DNA from: Entomortierella parvispora E1425
Lineage: Eukaryota; Fungi; Mortierellomycota
Length of the DNA: 64,000 bases
Assembly (NCBI GenBank): GCA_020891255.1
Contig: BQFW01000012.1
Span: 1,612,001-1,676,000, forward strand
Direction: 5' to 3'
The position numbers and the translations under genes are program-made. Of the stretch, positions 12,027-23,755 are shown one piece after another. The number at the start of each line of letters is the position of its first letter. The first letter of the stretch is position 1. Under the pieces are notes generated by a model, which worked only from the letters and a program-made list of their open reading frames with translations, did not search any database and was not told where the DNA came from.

Positions 12027-15000
12027 TTATCCAGCATTCACATCGTTTCCCATTCCCAGTTGGACAAAATCGTATACAATCGTCGCTGTAATAGCCAAGG
12101 CCAAAATCACCAATGAGCCCCAAGCAATTTTGATGCTCGAGATCGGAATCCAGCTCGGGATCGCCCGCAGACTCCACATTGCTTCAAACGCCAGACCAGC
12201 TGCTGCACCATACTGCGGCAAGTGGAACTGAGACTCGTGGACCTGACTCTCTGGCCTCTCGGACGTGTGAGAGTAATGAGACTGAGGTCGAAAATGTGAG
12301 TAAAGGGAGGAGCGGCGATACTCTGTCATCTCGGACGCAGGCGAAGGAGGCATAGCCGTTGGAGACGACGGAAGCATAGCCTCATCTCCAAGTCGCCCCA
12401 CCCCTCCACCTGGCTCAGGTACCATTGGAAGAGGTGAAGGTGGAACCGAGATCGTAGTGGGAGGCACCCCTGTGCTTGCCATGGTGGAACGACTCGGGTC
12501 CCGAGAATGTCGCATACGATTGAACCACGATGACCCAAAGCCTGTTGCAGACTGAGGTTGCTCTTGATCAGGACTTGTTGGAGAGTACACTGGACTTGTT
12601 GCCGGGCCATTGTTGTTGTGGCTACTACCAAATCCTGGGATGGCATAGTTGTTACCACCCTGGAATGGGGCCGTCAAGGTCTTGTGGCTCCCACTGCCTC
12701 GAGAGATACGATTCGTAACGCTGACACGGTGGTGCAGAGGCGGTTTTCCAGGTGAGGGTGGCAATGGCGAGACAGAATCGTGCGTTTCTGCCGAGGTTGG
12801 TCCAGGCATCGCTTCAAACTGGGCCTGCTGGGCAACAGAAGGCGATGGTGGCGTGAGATGGATCGAGAGACTGTTAGCTGATCCAGGTCCGGCCTGTGCC
12901 TTCATTTGCTCCTTCAGGGACTGGGTCGACAAGGTCTTGGAAGCATACCGCTGCATCCTTGAAGTCCTCTCCTGAAGTGCCGCAGAAGCTGACACGGTCC
13001 TGCCCCGACTGCCTACCACGTGGCCCTCCGGGAAAGATGGAGGCGCAGAAGGCGACAAGGACAAAGTCATGCCTCCGACGTTACTACCTTCTGGACTCGA
13101 GCTCTCGACAATAGGCTCAGTCAGTGAAGGTGCAAGTCCCGCGAAGGGTGCCACATTGCCCTGAGTAGTACTGCCTGCAGCCTTTGAAGATCTGGGTGGA
13201 CTGACTTGAGTCTGAATGGAGAAAGAGCCTGGCTGGGACACAAATGCAGCTGCCATGCGACCGAGCGAGTTTCTCCTGTCGTCTGATGAAGGCACAAAGG
13301 GCTGCGATGGTCCTCCACGTTTGCCAACGCCTGCAAGACTGAGTTCAGGTCCAATGGTGTCTTCGGCCTCTTCCTCCAAGCTCTGGACATCACCCTGGGT
13401 CTCCTCTTCCTGATCTCGCAACAGCGTCATTTTCCACTCTTGTGAAGGCGAGCGATTGGCTGAAGTCCTGTCGCGATGAGGACTACTACCGCCAGTCAAG
13501 CTCACAACTGCTGCCTTCACAGCCCGCTTGGTTTCACTACTGAACGAGGGCTTTCGCTCCAACTCTTGCGACGGCACCACTGCCAGGCGAGATTCGTCCG
13601 AGAAGGAGACTCTGCGATCCAAAGAATGAATGCTTCCTGCCGAGTCTGGAGTAGAGGGAGAATGATGGACTTGAAAGTTGAAGGGTGTGGCGACACCGCT
13701 GGTAGCCGACCCTGATCCAGAGCTAGGACCCAACCGAGTCGAATCCAAAGCCGTCATCTCTGGCTTAAGAGAGTCTCGGAGAGAGTTGGAGGGATGTGAC
13801 TGAGCTTCATTGACATCCTTGATGCTAGGCAAACCTGGAGAGCCAGTAGGGGATCGTTTGAGGGCTGATCTTTGTGGGCTGGAAGGCGATCTCGGCGGAC
13901 TAAACGTTGGGGAGGGTTCCAGTGTATGCTCTGCTCGTTCCAGCTGTGGTGTACTTGGTCTACCATCGGCTGAACTCGAGCGAAGCTCCGGAAAGGTTGT
14001 ATTGAGCCTTGGTGATGAAAGGTTATGAGGAAGTCCCAGAGTCGACCTACTGTTGCCGCCCCCTGTGAGTATCCCGCTTTGCCGGTTCATCTTTTTGAGC
14101 GCTGACGATAGGTTGCTGTTTGCTTCACTGATCTCCTTGCTCTGGGTATTGACATCCTTCTCGCTCATCTTTTCAGGATCATGCGACCCTTGGTCCTCGT
14201 GCTCATAAAAGCCAAAACTGGGTCTGCTGTGTTCATCGTCCTCATCCGAGTCGCCTCCAAGATCGGCAGTACTCTGACTGAGCAGAATCATGGGTGGCAC
14301 CGGTTTTTCGTTTTGAGCATCCCGTATCTTTGTTTGCTGTTCCATAGCCCGCTTATGTTTGTCAGAGAGCATAGAGAGAAGCTTGTCCTTGTGGGAAACA
14401 CGCCTGGGAAGAGTCGTCTTTCTCTGAGCCATCTCTGTTACAGGGTCGTGCAGCACTACAGTAGATACTCCTGAAGGTCGATGCATGGATGACGTCTGTG
14501 ACCGCGGATGAGATGGATCCACATTGCTGTTCGAAGATTCTCTCTCGAAAAGCTCTCCGTCGCGTGAAAACGAAAAATAAGGTCCATTGACAAGCTCCAC
14601 CGACTGCTCCGAAGCACTGCTGGGTCCAAATATTCCGCTGTGGTGGCTATGGTGTCGACGATGCACTGGACGCGATGACTCTGAGGCCAGGTTCTCCTCG
14701 GATACACTTTGTTGAATCAGACTACTGCTGCCGATGCCGAACGCAACAGGAATCACAGAAGCTGCGGCGATCGCTGTCGGGGGTGCTATGGACAGATCCA
14801 GATAGGACTGAGAACGCGAGTGACCCAATTGCAAGCTGGATCCCGTAAGTCGTCGGCGGATGGATCCAGAGGCGCTGGTGTGGCGCCTCGAGTGTCCCGA
14901 GAACGAGCTTCTGGAAATCTCGCGCGACAGTCTAGCCTGTTGCTCCATCTCGATAATAGGCAGCTTACTGAGCTTCTCCTTGTGCCTCTTTGAGTAGATG

Positions 15001-16774
15001 TAGAGAATGAACGGGATGATAAAGTTGGCAGACGAGACCAGGAACAGAGAACTCCAGTTGATGACAGTGGTCAGTCCTGATCCTGTCATGCAAGGGACAG
15101 CAACGAGCCAGGGAAGCACTCCAGAGAGGATATTGGACCACATCATGTTGCAGGCGCCAGACTGGATCAGGTTGTACCGGATGACAATGATGTTGATGGG
15201 GATAGAGGTGATGAGTGCTGCAATCGGGAAGGTGTATCCGGTAATCTGAGAGAGGATGGTGACATCGGGCGAAGAGCTGATAGCCTGGATCAGAGTCGAG
15301 TTATTGGGGATCTGGAAGGCCATGCCCCCGAGAATGGCGACAAGGAGGTAGAGAACAGTGGTTATCCCGACACCCCAGTTGACAGTCTTGTGGATAGAGA
15401 CACTCGGTTGTTTGGCGTTGGCCCAGGAGGGTACTGTGGTGATGAAGGCGTAGTTGAAGAGAATGGTCCCGAATGTCTGCGATATGTCCGAGCCCACGGC
15501 GGGTACCAGATCAGTGTCGAGACCATGGATGAAGAAGGTGACAATCCACTGGAGGACGATCAGGAGGATCAGGACAAAGGACGCGAGTTGGAGCCAGATG
15601 TTTTCGCTCAGCTTCAGTAGACCCAAGGGCAGAATCATACTAAAAGCTAGCAGAACACCGGCCGTCATGATCATGATCCCTGAGAAGGGGCTAGCAGAGG
15701 CCAATTGCTCAGTAACGCATATAAACGACGGGTGAGGGTATATCTCAAGACCGCACGTGCGATGGAAGATCTTGATCAGGAGGTTGTCAAAGAGTTGGGC
15801 CGAGACAGCGATAGAAGCCACGTTGGTGGTCTGCATCGCCAGGAAGCAGATGATCTGGACCAGCAGATGGTATCGCTTGCCAAAGAAACACAGGACAAGG
15901 TTAGAGAACTCGACCTGAATGTCCGCGTAAACAGGTTCATGTCAACATCCGAGAGGAAGGAAGAGGAAGAAAGAGGACGAAAGAGGAAGAGGAGACGGGT
16001 AGGAACAAAGTTAGGAGTAGATTCATTTCCATTTCTGCACAGGGTAATAACCAACGAGAGCAAGAGCACGACCCAGCGGAGGTAAAGGTTTATGCGACAG
16101 AAGCATTATTGGGTCGGGCTATTGTTGTTGCAACAATTACAACCACAACACGATGACAATAACACCAGTAACACAACAATGATGACAAGTAGCAAAAAAC
16201 TTACGTTCGACTGAAAGTATTCATTTCCTGGGACTTCGGTCATGGCCTCGCAGATAAACAGACTGCTCAACGTACTCAGAATCCCTACAACGGCAAATGC
16301 AATCAGGGTCGGCAGCCATCCCGCGGACTGGGCCACGATCGGCAGGGTGACAATGCCGGGCCCGGTCATGTTGGAGATCAAGAGGGCAAGACCACCCCAG
16401 AAGGAAATGTCCTTGATAGGATCCGGGTCGAATCGCACGTTCTGGAAGCTAGAGATGTGGCTTTTGATCGAGGAGACACTGCGACGAGACGAAACAGAGG
16501 ATCGGTGGGAGTGGCGTGACGGAGTGTGGGAGACAGAGCGGGTGAGGACAGTGAGATGGTCGCGCGAGGAGGAAGGGCCGTTGGGGCCACCACTGGAGGC
16601 GGGGTCATGACTGGCAGAGGCCGACGCAGGGGCACTGAGACCAGGAGCAGGAGCAGGGCCAGAAGCAGTAGCAGTCGAGGATGCGCTCAAGGGAGCTGGG
16701 GGAGAGGATGCACAGAAAGCAGCACCGAGGGGGAGGGGGACTGACAGCCGCTCAAAGGAAGTAGAGGCGGCCAT
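12027..16774 (-). CDS. Aa_trans/AAAP-family amino-acid transporter with a very large disordered loop; exons 16205-16774 and 12027-15914 (~1485 aa)
   Basis: TM1 region ISFWGGLALLISNMTGPGIVTLP...GWLPT, multiple hydrophobic helices, FGTILFNYAFITTVPSWAN. GT-AG intron 15915-16204 joins ...YFQSN|VEF... in frame. Final TM IAWGSLVILALAITATIVYDFVQ. Confidence 0.85.
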
Positions 16775-17229
16775 ACATGAAAGAAAAGAACGAACAGATT
16801 GTGGCAGGAAGAGGAGTGAAACAAAAAAGAACAGGGAAGGGAAGGGAAGGGAAGGGAAGGGAAGGGAAGGGAACGGAAGGAAGGAAGGACAGGAAGATGG
16901 ATGGATGAGCGGGTAAAGAGATGACAAGGGGGTGCCAATGGAGAGAGAGAAAGAGAGAGAGAGAGACAGAAAGAGAGGGAGAGGGAGAGAGAAGGAGGAT
17001 GGGACAGATGTCAAGAACGAGAAGGGGGTGGTGAATGCAAATGCAATTGCAGTCCTCAGCCTTTTGCTATGCGATGAAAGAAAGGAAGAAGGAAAGAAAA
17101 GAAAAGAAAAAGAGAAGAAAAGAAAAGAAAAAAAAATAGAAAAAAAAAAAGGGCCGGCTTGAATGAGAAGAAGGTGAATGGGTGGATGGATGGATGAATG
17201 AATGGCAAGGGGGGCAAGAAGAAGAGGAC

Positions 17230-17373
17230 GAAGACGAAGACGAAGACGAAGACGAAGACGAAGACGAAGACGAAGACGAAGACGAAGACGAAGACGAAGA
17301 CGAAGACGAAGACGAAGACGAAGACGAAGACGAAGACGAAGACGAAGACGAAGACGAAGACGAAGACGAAGAC
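17230..17373. repeat. (GAAGAC)24 perfect hexamer repeat in the probable 5' UTR of the transporter
   Basis: 144 bp of perfect repeat between the TATA-like box (17470-17477) and the ATG at 16774. Confidence 0.95.
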
Positions 17374-17469
17374 CAAACAAACAAACAAACAAAAGGGTCA
17401 AAGGTGTGAGGGTGAGTGAGAGTGTGAGAGTCAGAGTGCGAGAATCAGAAGGAAAAAAAGAGACTCTTT

Positions 17470-17477
17470 TATTTATA
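17470..17477 (-). promoter_or_regulatory. TATA-like box (TATAAATA) of the amino-acid transporter gene
   Basis: Minus strand reads GTATAAATAAAAG, followed by a long CT-rich tract leading to the ATG. Confidence 0.45.
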
Positions 17478-19055
17478 CCACTCGCTCGCTCACTCACTCG
17501 CTCACCTCCCACTCTTCACACACACCACTTCCCCCCCCCACCACTCACTGCTCTCTCTCCATCCCATCTATCCCCCGACTTGCCCAAACAGGGAATTGGA
17601 GTCCACCAGGTGTGTGTCTCTCCTCTCTTAGCCTCTGTGCTCCCGACCGACCGACATTCCTGGGGCGAGCCTGTCCTGTACCGTCCTGTTTGTGTGCCTT
17701 ATTCTCCGCCCTTGCGCCCACCCACCCCCCGTCACTGTTCTGCTGTTCTGTTGTTCTGTTGGCTGCTGTACATACATGAGACTGTATACTGTACATGTCC
17801 TGTACTCTCGTGCTCTCTCTCTCTCTCTCCCGGCTCTCCTTCTCTTCCCACACACCGCACCACTCACACACACTATCTGACTATCTGTGTCTGTCCTCCT
17901 CGGCTGCAGCATGGTATCATGGTGTTTGTCTTGTCTCTCCCTCCTTGTCTATACCTGGCTCGCTGATCAACGCCTTGGCTCTCTTTCTCTTTGCTGATCA
18001 ACTCTCATCCGAAAGTGCGGATCATCATTGATGCCCTGGCTCACCCCCTGTCTGTTCTCAATGGCGTCCCCTAATGTCTTGAAATGGCATGCATTCCTTC
18101 CCCCCCCCCTCTTTCACACATGTCCTACGCCCACGTTGGCGTCTAGCACCTACCTACCCCTTCCTACTTTGTTCCGGCCATTTGCCTTTACGCCAACCTT
18201 CCTAGGCGCCCACGCCTTCCTATCGCGCTTCCTCGGAGACATGGCATCGATCCGACCGGGAAGCATGGAAAAAAAAAGCCAGAACAATGAAAAGATCGCG
18301 CCTGTGTGCCTGCCTTCCTGCCTGTCCACCTGCATTCATTTTTTTGCCACGCTCTTTCCCCTCCTTCTCATTTTGACTCTAACCTCCTCATCCCCCCCTT
18401 TCGATTCACACCCCTTCCCTCTCTTCCTTCCTCCTCCTCGTCTCCTTGTTTCGATCCAATCTCTGATCAACGATCCTCGATACTTTAGCCGTTCAGGCGG
18501 ATCAATACCCCGCCCAGCCGTGCTAAAAACGGTCAGTTGTGCACTTGGTAAATGTCACTCTCACCCAACTTTCTTTCTTTTTTTGTTTGTTTGTTTGCAT
18601 GCTCTCAATCGGCCATGCGACACTCTAATGGGCAAGAAGGATGGACAACACCCGACGTATGCCGTCATAGCTCTGGTGCCTGAGACAAAGCTCTGTAGAT
18701 CGCCTTGTGCAAAGAAAAGTGGGGCTGCTGGACAAAAGTCGACCCATGCACCATGCATGACATTGATCCTTATCGATCATTGGCTCATCCCTCATGATCG
18801 CCCAAGTTGAGTACCCTAGTCCCAGAAACCGTAGACCGTAGGGCACGCGTTCCTGACAAACAGAACGGCGCGAAATAAAATAGACTGGTAGATTTTCATT
18901 GTTGACAAAAAAAACCAAAACTCCAAGCGCCATTCTACTTGACAAGTTGATTTTTTTTAATGGTTTGGCTTCGTTTCCATGAAGGTCGATCCGGTAATAT
19001 ATTGCTGTTGTTTTCTGCTACTCCTCGTAAATGTTGACTCGGTAAAAGACAATAT

Positions 19056-20077
19056 TTAGTGGTGGGCAACGTTCTTGTGGTGCTCTACAATGACGTGGAT
19101 GAAAAGAAAAGAAACAGTAGGCATTAATAATCTATCAAACAGAGTCTACAAGGTCAATTCGTCCACCACGCCCATATTCTCTCAGCGAGTGTTGCGTTGT
19201 CAAAATCAGAAATAACTATCAATTTCCCAGTTAAATCAACATGATTTGTTCTGATGTCCCTAACTATAGTATCATCACTTTGACAACAGCAACAACTCGT
19301 TCGATAATCTCCTTTTCTCGATGGAGAACTGCAACTGATTCGGTCAGTATTAAAACAAAGGGACTTACTCAAGTGGAAGTGGTAGTCAATGGTGTAGGAG
19401 AGAACAAAGACGGCAGCAATGGTCTGGAAGACGGGGGTCATGCTGGAGTTCTTGCCGTCAAAGTAACGGGCCTGGTAACCGGAGGAGCGGGCAGCAGGGG
19501 CAGGGCCGTTGGGGAGACCCTTGTAGAAGTTAACAACCTTGGTCATCTGTGGGGAAAAGACATTCAGAAAGAACAATGATTAATAACCTTGGACTCGAAA
19601 CAGAGTCCCACCCTCTTTCCGACTTTGATCCAATCCATCGGAGCTACGCATTGTCGAGCAATGTCAACAGTCCATCAGTCGAAGCGCTGTAAAATGCTCC
19701 TATTCCTGGTAAAGATTAAAATCCATGCATGAGGCTCAGTTTAAACCATCAGAAACACGTACGCGGGCAGCATCCTTGGGGGAACCAATGGCCTTGGTGG
19801 AGCCAATGGTGGGGGGGATGGCAGCCTAATGGAGAGCAAAGCGGGTAAAAGAAGTGGGAATGGGTCGAATGCAGATGTTAGATTAGTTGCTGGTTCCATG
19901 GGACGTGATCGTGACATATCGGATCAATCGGGATGAAGGGATGATGAATGGGATGATGAATGGAAAAGTCCGTTGGATGCGAGTTCAGAAGAGGCAGTGA
20001 TGAGGCAGTGAATAGAGCAGAGGAGAAAACAAACGTACTCTGGCGGTAGAGTAAGCGCGACGGGCAATGGTGTTCAT
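19056..20077 (-). CDS. ATP17: Mitochondrial ATP synthase subunit f; exons 20039-20077, 19763-19825, 19369-19546, 19056-19084
   Basis: Spliced product MNTIARRAYSTAR-AAIPPTIGSTKAIGSPKDAAR-MTKVVNFYKGLPNGPAP...YQARYFDGKNSSMTPVFQTIAAVFVLSYTIDYHFHL-KHHKNVAHH*. Matches fungal subunit f; all introns GT-AG and phase-consistent. Confidence 0.92.
19196..19287 (-). ncRNA. Box C/D snoRNA in ATP17 intron 3, snR64/SNORD74(U74)-like, predicted to guide LSU Cm2337 (yeast numbering)
   Basis: Box C GTGATGA (19272-19278), D' CAGA (19250-19253), box D CTGA (19206-19209). Terminal stem GTTGTCAAA/TTTGACAAC, extendable by GTTGC/GCAAC. D' guide TAGGGACA-T-CAGA is complementary to LSU UGUCCCUA, and the D'+5 rule lands on C2337. 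Confidence 0.85.
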
Positions 20078-21713
20078 GATGGAGAGAGGAGAGATGGGTG
20101 AAGAAGGATGGAGAATGCATCCCGGCAAAGGCCTTATCGAGCGACCTTTGTTGACCATCACGTGATATGTTGTCCCGATCGAAATGTCTTGTCTTGGTAT
20201 ATTTCAGCATCGCAGGTCTTGCGTCTACATCCGACACGACACCCAATTTTTGGGGACACGGGCCTCCCATCTTGGGCAGGGCGACTCAAAAACGTGAGGT
20301 TTATCCTGTTGTAACCTGCAGGCTCACACATTGACAGTCTATACAGACAACTGGACCTGGGCCGCATCTTCAACCAAATCCATGGCGGCGGGTGTCCTGG
20401 AAGGCTGGAACGCCCTCTTCAATCGATTTGTTGGTCAACAAGTGCAGAGATATGCAGGTACGCTCCAAAACGACCAATTGATGACCAACCAACGGGTCCA
20501 ACGGGTGCTCCCTTCTCACAATAGTCACTTTTTTCTACTTTGTGCCAGCAGCTGTGGTGGCAAAGAACCCCTTGCCCCCCTCGAAGGGGGGGCCAAACGG
20601 CGGCGACAAACGCGTGTCTGTGTGTGCGCGTGTGTTTTTGTGTTTACGAATCCGGGGGGAACATCCGTGTTCGTGTTATGGCACAATCCGTCCTTCCTTT
20701 CTTTTTCTTTCGGCCTAAGCAAATCCAGACTGATGTTCACAGGAAGACTTGCCCGCAAGAGAACCGGAAAATGTTTGAGGGCGTCTCTTTTCTTCTTTCA
20801 CACTTTCACACGAGGGCCAGTGCCCATCATCATCCATCCCTTGAATGCAAAAGCTCATTAACACAGAAAAATAGGCCAGAGAAAACTCTATTTGCTTAGC
20901 GCACAACTGTCCACAGCAGGGTCCAATGTCTGTTGCTGATATCATAAACGGTGGCGTATTTGTGAGTACTATAAAATAGTATGAGCATGCGATGAACCCC
21001 TACAGGCCGTTTGTCTACAATGGCGTAGAGTTGACCATGATGATAAAGCTGGCAAGTGGAACTTCATACGCCTCAATTCGCGAGATGCTGCAGGCCAAAC
21101 CCTCACTGGGGCGTGATTGGAAATGGCAATGATCGTGTCAATGGACCCTTATCGAGTGTTACACGGAATGCTTGCCGTTGTGGCCTCTCCCATCCCTTGC
21201 ATCCCTGACGATGACATGGTGCAATTTGCTCACAAAGAAAACAAAAAGAAAGAGAGAAAAAGCATCAGGTGGGCTTTCTCCTTGGACCCTACATCCAGTA
21301 AGGGTTGTTTGTTCGTGCTACAAACACGCGAGAAAGTCGGCTTTTTCAACCAATGGTTGGATACTTGCCTTCGAGGCTTTTTTCTCTTCACGCCTCGGAT
21401 GATTGGAGCACTTTTTCTCCCACAGAGACGGATTGGCTGACTCGGACCGAGTCCGATCATGACGAAAAGGCGAACAACAAAAGGTTAGACGGATGCCTGT
21501 GCCATTCCAAAAGAAGAGAACTCTATTGAGATTTCGGTTTTCCGCCTTGCCCCTGCGAAAAACAACAAGGGTCCTCATCGCCAGGTCCAGGGAAAGAAAA
21601 ACATGGAGGTATTTAAAGGTGGACCTTTTCTTCTCATTTTCAGGTTCCTAGATCGTCAATCCTCTCAACTCCTTTTCCTCTCTCCTTCCGCCTCCTTTCA
21701 AGTCCTATCCGTC

Positions 21714-23355
21714 ATGACTTTCAAGCGCATCGCGTTCACGATCGCGAGCGCCATGGCATTCGTTGCCATGGTCTCTGCCGCACCCCTCGTTCAAAAGCCC
21801 GAGAAGCGGGCCACGACCAACACGGCTGCATCGTACGTTATCAACACGTCGGCTCTCCCTGGCTTGGACAGCGGTCTCACTGCCCTTCCTCAATGGTCCG
21901 GATTGATGCCCGTCGGCGGCTCGAACACGCTCTTTTTCTGGTACGTTCAGGCCGCGAACGCCTCGAGCGACAACCTGATCTTCTGGCACAACGGTGGACC
22001 CGGATGCTCGTCCATGGAAGGTCTCTTTCAGGAGAACGGACCCTACCACACCGAGGACGGCGGCCAGACCTGGCAGATGAACCCTTACTCGTGGCACAAC
22101 TATGGCCATGTGGTCTACATTGACCAGCCCTTCGGTACTGGCTTCTCGACCGACAACACTCCTGTCCCCAACGAGGATGTCGTGGGTACCACTATGTTGA
22201 ACTTTTATGAGAGTTTCTTTGCGGCCTTCCCCGGAATGCAGTCCAAGAATATGTACATTGCTGGTGAATCCTATGCCGGTCGTTACATCCCTTACATGGC
22301 CAAGTATGTGCAGAGCTACAACACTGCTAACCCCTCGAACCAGTACAACCTCAAGGCCATCGCGATGGGTGATGCTTACGTGGATACCTCAGTCAACAAC
22401 GACTTTGTGTACTATGTTCCTTACCTTGCGCAGAACCCTTGGATCTACGGCAACAGCGAGTCGTGGTTGACCAAGGCCCAGTCCTATGCTTCCAAGGCCG
22501 TGTCCACCTCCGACTGTGTTTCGGCTGAGTCTGAGCCTGCAATCTCCAGCGCCTGCCAGAACTTGGAGAACGAGTTCATGAACAGCATGCCTGCCCCCTC
22601 CAACCCTCCTCTGGATTCTAGCTGCACTGATCCTTATGGCAACCCAATCTATTTTGACCCTTACAAGACCGATGTCACCGACTGCAACTTTGCTCAGATG
22701 GATCTGCTCTACGCCCAGTCTCCTTGGGAGTACTACCTCAACGTAATGATCCAAGAAAGAAGGAGCATCTCCCCAAAGAAGAAAGTGGTATCACTTCACG
22801 CGTCGATATTAACTGTCATTTTTTATCTTTTTTTTTTCTTTTTTTTTTATATAGCTCGCTGCTGTCCAGGCACAGATCCACATCAACCCTCCAGTGTCAT
22901 ACTCTGACTGCAACAACTTGAGCGGCGGTATCTACACTTCGGACCCCTCGACAGTCCCCAAGTACTTTATCGGAAGCTTGATCGATGCCGGTCTTAAGGT
23001 CACACTGTACACTGGTCTTTTGGACACCGTGGTCCCCCATACCTTGACCGAGGCCGCGATCAACTACATGACCTGGGGTGGCACCCAGGGCTTCACCAGC
23101 TCGACCTTCACCCCCTCCACCATGACCCCCATCTCGAACGGAACCGCCCAGACCGGAAGCTACCATGCCGAGCGCGGTTTGACCTATGTCATTGTCAACA
23201 ACGCCGGCCACATGGTGCCCAGAGATGTAAGTTATAAAGACGCCCAGAGCTCATTGTTCACTGACGGATGAAATCCCTCTCTAATCGACTTAGTTTCTTA
23301 TAAATAGGACCCCTTCACCGCCTCCTGGATCATCCAGAACCTCCTCACCCAGTAA
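21714..23355 (+). CDS. Secreted serine carboxypeptidase (peptidase S10); exons 21714-22742, 22855-23226, 23308-23355
   Basis: Signal peptide MTFKRIAFTIASAMAFVAMVSA; WHNGGPGCSSMEGLFQENGP; YIDQPFGTGFS; catalytic GESYAG; NNAGHMVPRD. GT-AG introns restore frame. Confidence 0.93.
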
Positions 23356-23755
23356 AGTCGGCAGGGCCGACGACAAGGAATCCCAGAGTACACTCATTTT
23401 GATTTTTTTTTTTTTTTTGGTCTTTTGTATTGATTGCAAAAGAGCCTTATCTATTTTTTTGTATATACCTTGGCCAACCATGCAAGATTTTGCTGGCGCT
23501 AGGCCATTAACTATCTCCTACCTATGTGTGGGGTCCAGCCCACACAATAAAAAAAAGTTCTCTGTCCTTTCCTTTAAAAAAATATATATGTTTATTACTT
23601 TGTTAGGGGCCAAATGACATGGTAAAGAGGGATGAGAATAGACTATTGCGAACGCGCGCACATTGAGGGCAGGCGATGATGATGACAAGGTATGAGAAAA
23701 GCGAGCAAGATGAACAAGAGTGAGATGGAGAGGTTCCATGAAAGGAATACATAAA

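Noticed and set aside
16775-17512. 246-codon in-frame N-terminal extension of the transporter suggested by the ORF track
   Set aside because: It starts at a GTG upstream of the TATA-like box, and the lack of stops is explained by CT-rich and hexamer-repeat composition.
17056-17966. PolyS, poly(FV), poly(DE), poly(TK) and polyR ORFs
   Set aside because: Six-frame translations of the (GAAGAC)24 microsatellite.
19574-19584. 11-nt match (AATGATTAATA) to 18S rRNA in ATP17 intron 2
   Set aside because: AT-rich, 7 nt away from the nearest CTGA and with no convincing box C; compatible with chance.
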